Part shown: positions 37,046 to 49,962 of the stretch, piece after piece
How the letters are laid out: each line of letters opens with the position of its first letter
How positions within the stretch are numbered: the stretch's first letter is position 1
Source: Octopus bimaculoides
Taxonomy: Eukaryota
Reading direction: 5' to 3'
Assembly: GCF_001194135.2 (NCBI RefSeq)
Contig: NC_068991.1
Span: 18,075,275 to 18,139,274, forward strand
DNA length: 64,000 nucleotides
Made by a program: the position numbers and the translations under genes
Notes under the pieces: generated by a model
Told to the model about the DNA's origin: nothing
Databases searched by the model: none
What the model saw: the letters and a program-made list of their open reading frames with translations, nothing else

Positions 37046-37720
37046 TCAAAGTGGGAGTTGGACTTTGGCAAGGATGTGTATTGTCACATCTCCTTTTCAT
37101 AATTGTTATGAACTGGATTGACTTGCACATCCATTGTGGAAGTGGTATCCCAGTCAGTGAGTGTAGAATCAGTTGGGTGATATTTGCAGATGACATGGTG
37201 TTACCAGGCTCATCAGAAGGTGATCTCCAGCATGCATTGAATGGGTTTGCTGCAGAGTACTGCAAGGCAAGGACGAGAATTTCTGCTGCAAAAGACAGAC
37301 ACATTGGTCCTTTCAAGAAAGTCTTCCCAGTGCACTCTGCAGGTTAGTGGTACATCAGTGAGATAAATGAAGAAGTTTAATTATCTCAGGACCATATTTA
37401 GAAGTAATGGAAGGCCAGCTCCAGCATTTGATCCTCAGAAGAGGAGAAGATGCTAAAAAACCAAACTTGCCATCTTCAATTCAGTTTTCATGCCCCCTCC
37501 CCCTACCCGCCTATTCAGGAACGGTGAGTAATGATTGAAAGAATATGATCATGAATACAAGTGGCTGAAATGGGCTTCCTCCTAAGGATCTCTGGAGTAA
37601 CATTACTTGACAGGGTACAGTAGCCTGGAGCTCAGGGTGTCTCTCCAGGTTGAGCCACTACTTCTTTGCATTGAGAGGTCACAGTTCTGGCACCACAGAC
37701 ATGCAATTAGAATGTTGCAG
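37045..37720 (+). mobile_element. Decayed RTE/Expander-like LINE RT fragment (antisense in AKT intron)
   Basis: VGVGLWQGCVLSHLLFIIVMNWID...IFADDMVL (QG..LSP and FADD motifs) and a downstream PLLLCIERSQ remnant. Confidence 0.8.
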
Positions 37721-37967
37721 GAAAAAAAATCACCAGATGGATTCTTCAAGCTAAGCTAACCCTCAGGAGACATATGGACAGATTAAGAATGAGATGGTTG
37801 GATAATATCCATAGTTTCAATTGGTCATTGCTAAGAATCCAGCCAAAAAGTCTAATGACAATTGCTTCTGATAGGACCCTATAGAGGAGGTGCTTGAGGA
37901 CTCTAATCTCACAAAGAACTCTTCTAGGAATAGTGGACAGATATATGAATATATACATATATATAGA

Positions 37968-38178
37968 CTTCAAAATTTCGGCACAAAGCCTGCAATTTCA
38001 GAGGAGGAACAAGTCAATTATATCTTCCCCAGTGCTCTACTGGTACTTATTTTATTTTTATCAGCCCTGAAAGTATAAAAGACAAAGTCAACCTTGGCAG
38101 AATTTGAACTATGAACATAAAGACAGACAAAAATGCCACTAAGCATTTTGCCCAGCATGCTAACAATTCTGCCAGCTC

Positions 38179-38182
<4 letters not shown>
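37968..38182 (-). mobile_element. SINE family D (AKT intron)
   Basis: Same head and core as 20195. Confidence 0.8.
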
Positions 38183-38221
<39 letters not shown>

Positions 38222-38771
38222 CCATGGCTATTTACTTCACTTTTAGTCATAATATTGTTTTGTTTTGCCTTTATTCCTCATCATTTTAGTAATGAGATCA
38301 ATGTTTTTCAACATGTGATGAAGCATGTGTGCATTTAGTATACCTTGGCACAGACCCTAAACTCTTCTCGGAATCATAGAGGCATCACTGTAAGATAGTG
38401 TGATAGCATGACAAACTGAAACCTAACAGAGCACATCCTTCTCAAGATCTGGACACAGCCAATTTCTTCCAGAAAGGGAGAAGAACTAACTCTTGTACTT
38501 GACTGGTACTTTACTTATTGAGTCGTGAAAGGATGGAAGGCAAAGTTGATCTCAGCAGGTTTTGAACTCAGAAAGCAGAGAGCCAGAATGCATGTGTATG
38601 CATGCATGCATTGTTGGAGAGAATTACAGTTGCTAGTTGTTACTACATGCCAAACAGTGCCAAGTCAATTTTGGTAATGCTGGTGGTGTGTAAATGGCAT
38701 TTATTTCTGTGACTGAATAAAAAGAAAACAAAACAAAATATTTTTAAAAATCTGAAAAAATTCGAACTCAC

Positions 38772-38986
38772 CTTTTTGATGGGTCTTTGATGAGAAGGCC
38801 ATCTAATAAGGATTTAGCTTCTTCTGAAAGGGTTCGAGGAAATCGTATGGGCTGTAGAATGATTAGTTCAAACAGCTTGTCATGGTCACGATTATAAAAA
38901 GGTAACCGACCACACATCATTTCATACATAACAACTCCCGTCCCCCACCAATCCACAGCTCTCCCATAGTCATTGTCTTCAAGTAC
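38772..38986 (-). CDS. AKT: AKT exon (215 nt)
   Basis: [71 protein letters not shown](R); ctttag| and AG|gtgagt. Confidence 0.98.
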
Positions 38987-39108
38987 CTAAAGAAAGAGAT
39001 AAAACACGAAGTTGAAATGAAGTGAAACAAAAAGAGAAAAATATACATTGTTTCATTATTTACTTTGTGACTAGCATTCATTTTAATATGCTGGGATATT
39101 TATGTTTT

Positions 39109-39265
39109 CATCATCATCATCATCGTTTAACGTCCGCTTTCCATGCTAGCATGGGTTGGACGATTTGACTGAGGACTGGTGCAACCGGATGGCTACACCA
39201 GCCTCCAGTCTAATTTGGCAGTTTCTACAGCTGGATGCCCTTCCTAACGCCAACCACTCAGAGAG
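39109..39265 (-). mobile_element. Family C RTE-type 3' end, 5'-truncated
   Basis: (GAT)n tail plus about 140 bp shared with the other copies. Confidence 0.8.
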
Positions 39266-39320
39266 TTTTGTTATATATAAAATAGTCTCATATGTTTGGT
39301 ATTTTTTTTCATAAATAGAA

Positions 39321-39372
39321 ATATCCATATGTGGATCATGAACCCTATATCCATATGTGGATCATGTACCCT
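39321..39372. repeat. 26-bp tandem duplication in AKT intron
   Basis: atatccatatgtggatcatg(a/t)accct twice. Confidence 0.9.
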
Positions 39373-40480
39373 ACTGACTTCAAGAGATAAGGGAATGAGA
39401 ATTGTGATGGTCACAATTGTTTCATGGCATAAATAATATAACTGAAATAAGTTACAACCAGAAATAGAACTTGGATCCAAAATTTGGTTTGCTAGTACCT
39501 TACAAGCTATGACTGCAGTGCCTGCCACTGCAGTATGTGTAGTGAATGAAGTTTGGTTCTGGAAAACTACAGATGCACCATCAATTATCCAATACTTTTT
39601 GGTTCAGATTGCACCAGATCATCCGTTTTGTCAGATTAACAGAAGGTACATAATAGTAATTCAAGGTAAATTCCTGAAATACTGCTGACACAGTATCAAT
39701 AATCTTTTTGCTATTAAATTTTCAGGATACACTTGTTTATTCACTAGAAACAGGTTATGAAAATTAGAAACATTTTCAAAATCCTTCAACTATAATAATC
39801 CAAAGATGCAAATATTTAAAACAAAATCTAATGTCATGTACTAAGCTCCTAACCACTAGGAACCCACAGGACTATAAAGGGTGTACATTTACTTTTTTGT
39901 CTTTCATACTGGGATGCTATATTCTCCACAATGTACGTAAGTTATTTATTAACCTGTTCTTCAAAGATCCTTCACAGGCTAACATTTGTTGTTAAATTTA
40001 GTTTTAAATATTTTCATCTTTATGTTATTACTAACTGACATACCTGGTAATTCCCGGGAAAGCAGGGCTTATCCCTTGGTTCATTCTCATAATTGTTTTG
40101 CTAATCCAATAACAACAATACAAAGTATGTAGCCCTTAAAACGGATTTTGTGCATTTACAGAGTATACCGAACTGTCTTACACAGGATTTTGTTTTTAGG
40201 AATTCCCAATAAGTTATGAATACCCAAATTGTGAAGTCAGTTATGTAATAACATGAAATTAGTTACCCGATAGTAAGAATTCAAATAAAGTAATCCCGAA
40301 AAGGTCTTTAATGCATTCCCAGAGTATATAGAACATAGGAGGAAATACTAATAAGGTATGTATACTAAACTCATGAAGCATGTTATGTAATAACAGGCTA
40401 ATCAGATAGGAGATAACAATTCAAAGTAAATAACTCTGAAAAGTTTTTGGTCGAAAAGATTTGTGAGCTCAATACAACTA

Positions 40481-40819
<339 letters not shown>

Positions 40820-41469
40820 TTAATCAGTTTATTAATGAATTCATGGCTTCGTATATTCATGCATCTTCATTTACACAAACCAAAATACTGATAATCCTGA
40901 ATAATGAAATTTTCTTAGTGCTATTAGATGCAAGTACCGCCATTGATCAAGTTGGAGAGTCAATACTACAGACATCCTCTTCAAGTAGAATATCTAGGCT
41001 AGCATAGGAGAACGCCTTGATCAAAGTCAAAATTTTGTCCCCATCCAAATTTAAAACTGCCTATGGATGAGGTCTCTAAAAACTCATGGAAAAAAAAAAA
41101 TTTATCACCTAAGACAAAAACAGCAAATTATATTTAATTTGCATACATTTGCATATCATTTTCTTAGTACAGACACATCTCCATAGGTTTTTATGTACTT
41201 AAAATAAACCCTTGGTACTAAGGGGAAAAAAAAAGGTTCTAGTGCAAGTCAGTCTGTGTCATCCCTCTCAAAGTTACATGCATGGTAAAACTTGAACTCA
41301 GCACTGCAGACTAACATGCATTAATATAAGACAAAAACTGCATTCATTCATTTCATGTTCTGGTAGTAATTAACAATCAGGTGGTGTGTACTATTTAAAA
41401 ACTAATCATTTCCACAAAGGATGGTGCCCCATAACATATGGGATTGTTTTTATTATCTGAGGACAGTCA

Positions 41470-41688
41470 GGCAGCGGGCTGACAGAATTGTTATGACACT
41501 GGGAAACTGCTTAGCAGCATTTCGTTCGTCCTTACATTCTTGGTGCAAATTCTGCTGAGGTTGACTCAGCTTTTCATCTTTTCGGGGTCAATAAATTAAG
41601 TACCAGTGAAACACTGGAGCCGATGTGATCGACTTACCCACTCCCCACAAATTTCAGGCCTTGTGCCTATAGTAGAAAGGGTTATTAT
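41470..41688 (+). mobile_element. SINE family D (AKT intron)
   Basis: Plus-orientation copy with core CTTTTCGGGGTCAATAAATTAAGTACCAGT and tail CCTTGTGCCTATAGTAGAAAGG. Confidence 0.8.
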
Positions 41689-42012
41689 CTGAGAACAGTG
41701 GATTGGCAGTCTGAAAGCAAATATGACATCAACAACAAATGATTCTCGCTGGTAAAAATGAAGTTTCTAAATTGGATAGAGAAATCTGAAGGATCGCTTT
41801 GGCCCAATGGTAGAAAACTTGTCAAGTTCACAGGAGACATGGCTTTGAATTTTTTCTATCCAGGGTTTTTTCAACCCAATCTTTACATTATATACAAATA
41901 TACATGTGTGTGTGCAGGTGTGTGTGTTATGTATAATTGATATACACAGGCATCTTCTCCATCATAAAAAAAAAAAAGTATACAAAATCATTCTCAGAGG
42001 AAGTCACATTAC

Positions 42013-42204
42013 CTTCAAATCTCTGTATACTATATTGTTTTCATGCAGGTAACCTAATGCGGAAATTATCTCTGCACCATAGAAACGTGTTCTGTCTTCA
42101 GTGAATACTCGCTCCCTCGATAAATGGAAAAACAGTTCTCCACCATTCACATATTCCATAACAAAACATAGTCGATCTGCTGTTTGGAATGAATATTTTA
42201 ATTG
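42013..42204 (-). CDS. AKT: AKT exon (192 nt; hinge to catalytic loop)
   Basis: [64 protein letters not shown]; tttccag| and AAG|gtaatg. Absent from the ORF track. Confidence 0.98.
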
Positions 42205-42610
42205 CTGGAAAGAAATAAAAAGAGAGAAAGAGAGTGGGTGAGTGACGAAAGGAGAATAGATAATGACATTTTATGTTGTGTGTTTGTGTGCATATATTTG
42301 CATCATGTCAAACAGAAGAGGCAGAACAGTAGCCATATCCTCCCCAAGCTGGTGCAGTTCATGTTCAACTTACATATGTGAGTAAATGTTTGAGGGAGTA
42401 ATGTGGAGCAGAAGGGTAGGGGAGCTTGCAGAGAGTGGAATCCTAAGGGAAGCTGGATTGGTATGCTCAGTATGTTTGGGAGATGAGATAGAGAAAGAAT
42501 GATAGGAGGAGAGGAGGCAAATGGAATGAGTTGACCTGGCTGGAGGTGATATGCAGCTAGTCAATTCAGAAGGGCAGATGTCATTGTAGTAGTGGCTGAT
42601 TAGGAAGAAG

Positions 42611-42989
42611 TGGCACTCCGTCGCTTACGACAACGAGGGTTCCAGTTGATCTGATCAACGGAACAGCCAGCTCGTGAAATTAACGTGCAAGTGGCTGAGC
42701 ACTCCACAGACACGTGTACCCTTAACGTAGTTCTCGGGGATATTCAGCGTGACACAGTGTGACAAGGCTGACCCTTTGAATTACAGGCACAACAGAAACA
42801 GGAAGTAAGAGTGAGAGAAAGTTGTGGTGAAAGAGTACAGCAGGGTTCGCCACCATCCCCTGCCGGAGCCTCATGGAGCTTTAGGTGTTTTTGCTCAATA
42901 AACACTCACAACGCCCGATCTGGGAATCGAAACCGTGATCCTATGACCGCGAGTCCGCTATCCTAACCACTGGGCCATTGCGCCTCCAC
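42611..42989 (-). mobile_element. tRNA-derived SINE, family A (AKT intron)
   Basis: Perfect 11-bp TSD TTAGGAAGAAG at 42600-42610 and 42990-43000. Confidence 0.93.
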
Positions 42990-43562
42990 TTAGGAAGAAG
43001 AGAGACAGATAAATAGATAGGCGCCTGGCCTCCTATCGGATATGATCTAGGATGTTTCTGGGTGTAGAACAAGCATGGTTTCAGATACATGACCAGTACA
43101 TCTATGTGAGTTTTACTTGTTTGTGTATACATTTTTGTGCATTTCTGAGTATGAATGGTGAAGGTGCGTGGCTTAGTGATTCAACTTACTATCATAAAGT
43201 CATGAGTTTCATTCCTGGCAGTGTATTACGTCCTTGAGCAAGACACTTTATTTCATGTTGCTTCAGTCCACTCAGCTGGCAAAAATGAGTTAGTACTTGC
43301 ATTTCAAGAGGACAGCCTGTGCCACACTGTAGCATACTCAGCTATTTGAACATTAAATTTTACAAGCAGGTTGTTCCCTTGATCAGATCAATTGGAAACC
43401 TTGTCATTATAACTGTTGCAGTGCCAGCTGAGTCTGAATGGACATACATCTGTGTATGTATGAAAGTGTGTACGAATTATGAATATGTATGTGCACAAGT
43501 ACTTGCAAGTGTGTGTGTGTGTGTGCAAATTTCAGCTCAAATAAAGACAAATACAAGCTTAC

Positions 43563-43628
43563 TGTTAAAAATGGATGCCTGGTATTTTGTAAAACTCGGT
43601 TTTCTGTCAAAGTATGAGCAATTTCATC
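43563..43628 (-). CDS. AKT: AKT exon (66 nt; alphaC helix)
   Basis: [22 protein letters not shown]; catccag| and ACA|gtaagc. Confidence 0.97.
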
Positions 43629-44419
43629 CTGGATGGGAAAAAAAGCACATCATTAGAAACAAATATAAAAAACAACAATACATATAAATAATTACATATT
43701 TGCACATTATCAGTCATTGTTGATTGTTTTAATAACTAAATCACGCCCCCTGTCCTATAGATAATCACTCAACCATGAAAAGGGTGTGGAGACTATTGAT
43801 AATCAAACAAGTTAAATTACCTTAACTTGCTTAAGAACATATTAATTAAAATGAAAATCATAATGGTAGTTGCTTATTTTGCCATGTGAAGCAAGGAATT
43901 CTAGAAGAAACAGGATAGTTGACAAGACTGACCCCAAATGCTTGCTTATTTATTTTACTGATGCAGAAGGATAAAAGACAAAAGTTGACAGATGGGATCT
44001 GAATGAAAAGCAACATTATCAAATACCACAATCCATTTTATGTTCAGCTACTTGAATAATAAATGTTCATTTTTACATCCGTTTTCCATACTAGCATGTA
44101 TAGGTGAATAAACAATTGAGGCATTGTTTTATAACCAGATGCCTTTCCAGTAACTAACCCATACCTGATTTTTCAAGTAAGGGACATTGTATTCTGCAGG
44201 TCTTTGAAGGGTCAAAACAATAGCAATGTTATCACTCATGGCCGACCAAATGTTTGGAGAAACACAAATGTAAACACGCATATGTATACGATGGGCTTCT
44301 TTCAGCTTTTTCCTACTAAGTCCACTCAGAGGGTTTTTGGTCAGCCTAAGGCACTGCACAGTAGGACTGAACCCAAGACCATATTGTCTTTTAACCACAC
44401 AGACATGCCTACAAATAAT

Positions 44420-44867
44420 AATTTTTTCAAATTTTGGCATAGGCCAGAAATTTTAGTGGCAAGAGATTAGTTGATTACATCAAACCCAGTGCTTGACAGG
44501 TATTATTTTATCAACCCTGAAAGGAAGGTGAAATTGACCTCAGCAGGATTTGAACTTAAAACATAAAGAGCCAGAAGAAATACCATTAAGTAACTTTTCC
44601 GATGATCTAATGATTCTGCCTACTCTAATAATCGTAACGGTAATTCTTTCTACTATAGGCACAAGGCACAAAATTTAGCAGGAGCCAGTTGAGTACATCA
44701 ACCTCAGTGCCTGACTAGTACTTATTTTATCAACCCCCACAAAAGGATGAAAAGTTGGCCTTGGTAGTATTTGAACTCAGAATGTAAAACCTAGATAAAT
44801 GCTGTGAAGCATTTTGCCTGGCGTGCTAATGATTCTGCCAGCTTGCCAGAATAATAATAATAATAAC

Positions 44868-44916
<49 letters not shown>

Positions 44917-45315
44917 GTTTCAAATTTTGACACAAGACCACCAATTTCGGAGGAGGGGGTAAGTCGACTACACCAACCCCAGTTCTCAACTGGTACTTAT
45001 TTTACTGACCCCGAACAAATGAAAAGCAAAGTTCACCTCAGTGGGATTTGAACTCAAAATGTAGCAATGGATGAAATGCCACTAAGCATTTTGCCTAGCA
45101 CACTAGCAATTCTACCGGCTTGCCGCTTTAATAATAATAATAATCCTTTCTACTATAGGCACAAGGCCTGTTTCACTGGTACTTAATTTATTAGCCCTGA
45201 AAGGATGAAAGGCAAAGTTGACCTCAGCGGAATTTGAACTCAGAATGTAGCGATGGGTGAAATACTGCTAAGCATTTTGTCCAGTGTGCTAACGATTCTG
45301 CCAGCTCACTGCCTT
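44420..45315 (-). mobile_element. Tandem array of four family D SINEs separated by (AAT)n
   Basis: Copies at about 44420-44627, 44641-44847, 44915-45127 and 45130-45315, all in the same orientation. Confidence 0.8.
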
Positions 45316-45486
45316 AATAATGATAATAGTAATAGTTACTTTATTAACCACAAAAGTTTTACACTGAGACAAACAAAGGATAACACAGGACAAAACATTG
45401 AGTAGGTGTGTATGAGTGTGCATTGGTGTGATGGTTTTGCACATAAGCAGGTTTAACAAAAAAATTTTTTTAAATAATTCTTTTAC

Positions 45487-45618
45487 CTTGGCAACAATTA
45501 CAGCCTTTTTCAAAATTTTTATAGCATAAAGGTCGCTGGTAGTTTTCTCTCGGCACAAGATAACTTTACCAAATGTTCCTTTGCCTAATACCTTCAGGAA
45601 CTCAAAGTCGTCTAGTGA
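45487..45618 (-). CDS. AKT: AKT kinase exon (132 nt; Gly-rich loop, catalytic Lys)
   Basis: [44 protein letters not shown]; tttttag| and AAG|gtaaaa; phase 0-0. Confidence 0.98.
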
Positions 45619-45649
45619 CTAAAAAGATAAAAAAAAGCTTGAGAATAAA

Positions 45650-45693
<44 letters not shown>

Positions 45694-45900
45694 ATAAATA
45701 TGTAATATGAATGCATTTCTTTTTGTTGTGTAACTATAGATCAGTCAAGACCAAACAGATCTAATAATCAAAGACACTCCAACCGTGACCACCTAAACTT
45801 TACTGTCAAGCAGTATAGTAGATTAGCCAATACATCCTTGGTAGAGTGTGATGAAGGAAATTTGGTTGCTATTTCTAGCAGGCCAAATGACCATGTAGAG

Positions 45901-46133
45901 CTATGGTTCTCAACCAGGGTTCATATCAGATTTTGTTGTTAAAAGTTGTGTAATAAATTGGTTATACTTCTACAATGAACAAAATATTAAAATTTTTTTT
46001 AAATATAATTTTCCTAATAATATTCAATTCTAAAAATATATAATAGGATTTTAAAACATCAAATTACTAGGAGGGGCCATCCATGAAAATAGGAACCAAA
46101 GGGATCCATAGGTAGAAAAATGGTTGAGAAACA
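45901..46133. mobile_element. hAT MITE (diverged)
   Basis: Ends CTATGGTTCTCAACC and GGTTGAGAAACAG; TSD ATGTAGAG/AGGTAGAG (7/8). Confidence 0.6.
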
Positions 46134-48690
46134 GAGGTAGAGGATCCGTCATTAGCGTGTGTGTATGTATGTACACACATACACAACTGTGTGTGTACAT
46201 ACACACACATGCAAACATACCAACCAACAAAGGAGTGGCTGTATGCTTTTTTTTTTCTTGGAATAGCAACAAATTACATACTTCCTAAATTTCATAGAGC
46301 TACACAACAAAAAACACATACATATATACACAACAATATTTACATAATGAAACATATAATATGTCAAGGTTTCAAGTGTTTATTAATACAGTTCTGATAA
46401 AGAACATTAAAATAGAATATCATAATACACACAAACTATAACATCAAAACAACAGCAACGAAATAATAATACTAAAGAAAATTGAGAATGTCTATTGGTT
46501 ACACATATACACCACCACCTTCTGTTTAAAAAGAGGAGGTTAAAGTTGATTATAATAGTATAGTACAGCATAGTAGTATCCCATAATGGTTACATACTAC
46601 CCTCTATCTCTCTCTATATGTGCATGTGTACATATGTTTATATATATATATGAACATACACTATATGTACATGAGATTCTAGCATACTGCAATTCAATGG
46701 CTTGCACCATGCAACTAACAAGGCATTGTGTCCATTGCCGAAAGTATTTGATTCTCACTGTCCCAGTCTGTAAAGATGCAAAGCAGTACTATGGCAGGGT
46801 GCATGCAGCCTATAAGACCTACATTACAAAACCATCAGTGTATCTGCTGTTGAACTCTACTTTACATAGTTTGATACACTGGATTATATTTAACCATTCT
46901 GGTACATTTTTGATGAAAAACACTGCATTTGTTCTAATTAGTCTTGAAAATAATGAAAAAATTTAGTAAAATAACTTTGTCGTTATTAAGCTGGTGTTTG
47001 GAACATAAACTGACATGAAATTTCGATGGAAGATTTTAATTTAGATCACTTTAAACAGGAAGTTTGTATCATAAAACCAGGCATGGTCTCGGGCAGGTTG
47101 GTATCAAAAGAGTGAAATTAAGTGGACACAAGCATTATGTAGTTCCAGCATTGTGATTTAAAAAATATATATGCAAAGGAAATAGGGCAGTGCATATAAC
47201 CTTTTGTAAGGCCTCCTTTATGTGTGGAGGAAAGGCAAGTACAAAAACAAATGACTTGCTAAAGACATCCAAGGTTTCAGTAAGTGGTCTTAATGCACGT
47301 GACAGATAAAGTCGGCCAACTCAGATCAGATACAGTATACCTGATGGGCTTCCACATAGTTTCTGTTGGCCTGGTTTCACTCATCTGAGTCAATTCAAGG
47401 CTATCATAGAAGATACTTACCCAAAATTCCATGCAGTAAAATCAAATCTGGAATTGCATGATTGCAATACTGCCATGTCTGGATCCATACAAATTTACAG
47501 GCTTCTATAAATCTGATAGCCAGTCTAATGTGATCAATCATTAACAAGTACACAATCTTAATTGATCAGTAGAGAATAAAGCAACCGAATCAGGTATAGG
47601 GGACAATATTTTCATTTCCAGGAAACAGTATTAAAATCAACCAAGTAAGGAAAAGCAACTTGGTTAAACAAAAGGATAAGTTAGATAGTAAGGAAGAAAG
47701 GAGAAAGATTAGGAAAAATAAAATGAAGAAGGACTGATACAGAAATAACACTTTATATGTAAGGCTTGTTTTACAATTTCAGTCAAATTTTGAATTTGAA
47801 ACGTTATACTTTATCTGTCACCCACATTAACACTCGACACTTTGGGTGCTTTAGTGGAGCCTACTCTGTTGCAAACACACACACACACACACACACATAG
47901 TATAACCAGTTCACAGAAATATGACTAGCCATCTAGAATCAAAAACTCAGTGTGATGTGTCAGTATATTTTATCAAACACAATGAATCCAACAAAATATT
48001 ATATCTGTCCCTGATTTCTGTTTGGGTAAAACAGGATATGCATTCCACTGGACACTTGTTTTTGATAAAACACACACACACACACACACACAAAATTCTA
48101 AAAATGACTCAAGGGCTGTTTCGTGCATGCCACACATACTGTTTTTATAGTAATGGTTTTTCTTCCCAAATTAGCATGGGCTAGGTAGATTATTTTTAAA
48201 TCTAAGTTTTTTTTCTCACAATTCTATGCTTTGTCTTCATGTTAATCACACAAGTGGTATAGTAAAAGTGGAACCGGTCATCAGCTGGATACATAGAGAC
48301 AAGCAGATTTATAAGTTTAAAAAAAAAACAGCTATCAAGTTTTAAGGTTTGAACACAAGACCAGATAGCCTATAATCCAATTTCTTACCTATTGTACACT
48401 TTTTATTTGTTTATACATTCTCCTGCCTCTCACCTTTTTCAATAATAGTAGTCAAGTAATCAAATGGCCTAGTGGAAACATGTATAGATTATTTGAATAA
48501 TCTTATTTTACAGATAAATGCCTTGCCTTTTGCTTCCTGCAGTGGATGTGACTAAAAAACGATGATATATTATTATTCTGTTACCAGAACCAGCCACTGG
48601 ACTATTGCCATGTCAGGCACCACCATCACTAATTATTCACTTAAAAAAACATAACAAACCTTCTTTTGATATTTTTATTTGAAATAAGAT

Positions 48691-48905
48691 GGTGAGCTGG
48701 CAGAATCGGAAGCAAGCAGGGTAAAATGCTTAGTGGCATTATATCTGTTTTTATGCTCTGAGTTCAAATTTCACCGAGGTCAACTTTACCTTTCATCCTT
48801 ACAGAGTTGATAAAATAAGTACCAATTGAGTACTGGGGTTGACATAATCGACTCACCCCTACCCTGAAGTTGCTAGTCTTGTGCCAAAATTTGAAACCAA
48901 TATTT
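48691..48905 (+). mobile_element. SINE family D
   Basis: GGTGAGCTGGCAGAATC...GAGTTCAAATTTC head with the family core and tail. Confidence 0.8.
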
Positions 48906-49348
48906 TTATTTGAATTAAGCAAAATTAAAGGTGTATTCTGCATCAGGAAAGTTTGAACTCAGAGCAGTTAGATCAGTTGTAGTTTGGTGATAAGCACTTT
49001 TTTGGTCAATTCTTAAATTTTATCTTTTCACAAAGGAGTAGCTTTAATTTTCTCCTTAGTAAGCAGTAAATTAAATTAGTTAATAATCTGCTCTCTCTAA
49101 GTTTGCAAATTAGCTGTATAAAGAGCAACAATAATATTAATAACACAAACTTAAACACTGAACTATATTACATATAAAACTACTGCTGACACTTGCAAGC
49201 GAATATGACTGTGTCATGTATCATGCTTTTGCTTAGTGTTTTAAGTGCCTGTGTCGTCACGAGCAGACACAGTCACACTCAAGGCTCTCCCAACTTTGAC
49301 CCAGCAGAATATCCAAGATGTGACAGCTGTGTGGAGGAGGAGGAGGAG

Positions 49349-49383
<35 letters not shown>

Positions 49384-49926
49384 TGGGGGGCTGCACAAGG
49401 CTGGAACTCCTTTTCAGTTGAGTAGTCTGGAGCAAACATAAACACTGAAACACACACGTGCACATACACACACATGCATGCGCACGCAGACGCACACACA
49501 TGTACACACAAAGTCTATAGGTTATTGAAACGCACTTTCAGGTTCTTTACTTAATACAACCATCTTGAATTGTTGTCATTTACATATCACTGATTTATGT
49601 GTCTACCGATATTGATATGTGTGTGTATTCAGCATAAGTAGGATTCATAGCAGCAGTATTACACACACACACACACACACACAAATAAAAGCATACAAAT
49701 GCACACCTACAAATGAAAACAAAATTAGTTGACAAAACATTCTGGTGACAAAGTGAGTGAGTGAGTGTGTGTGTGTGTAGAAAATCAGGAAACTGTTCTG
49801 CTATTACTGCCGCCACCTGACACAGTAATTACAGCTTGTAGCTCCACCCTCCACATCATTACCCACTTCATCTCCACTTGCTCGTTGTATCATATTGTCA
49901 CTTGACTTACTGCAACATTAACTACG

Positions 49927-49962
<36 letters not shown>

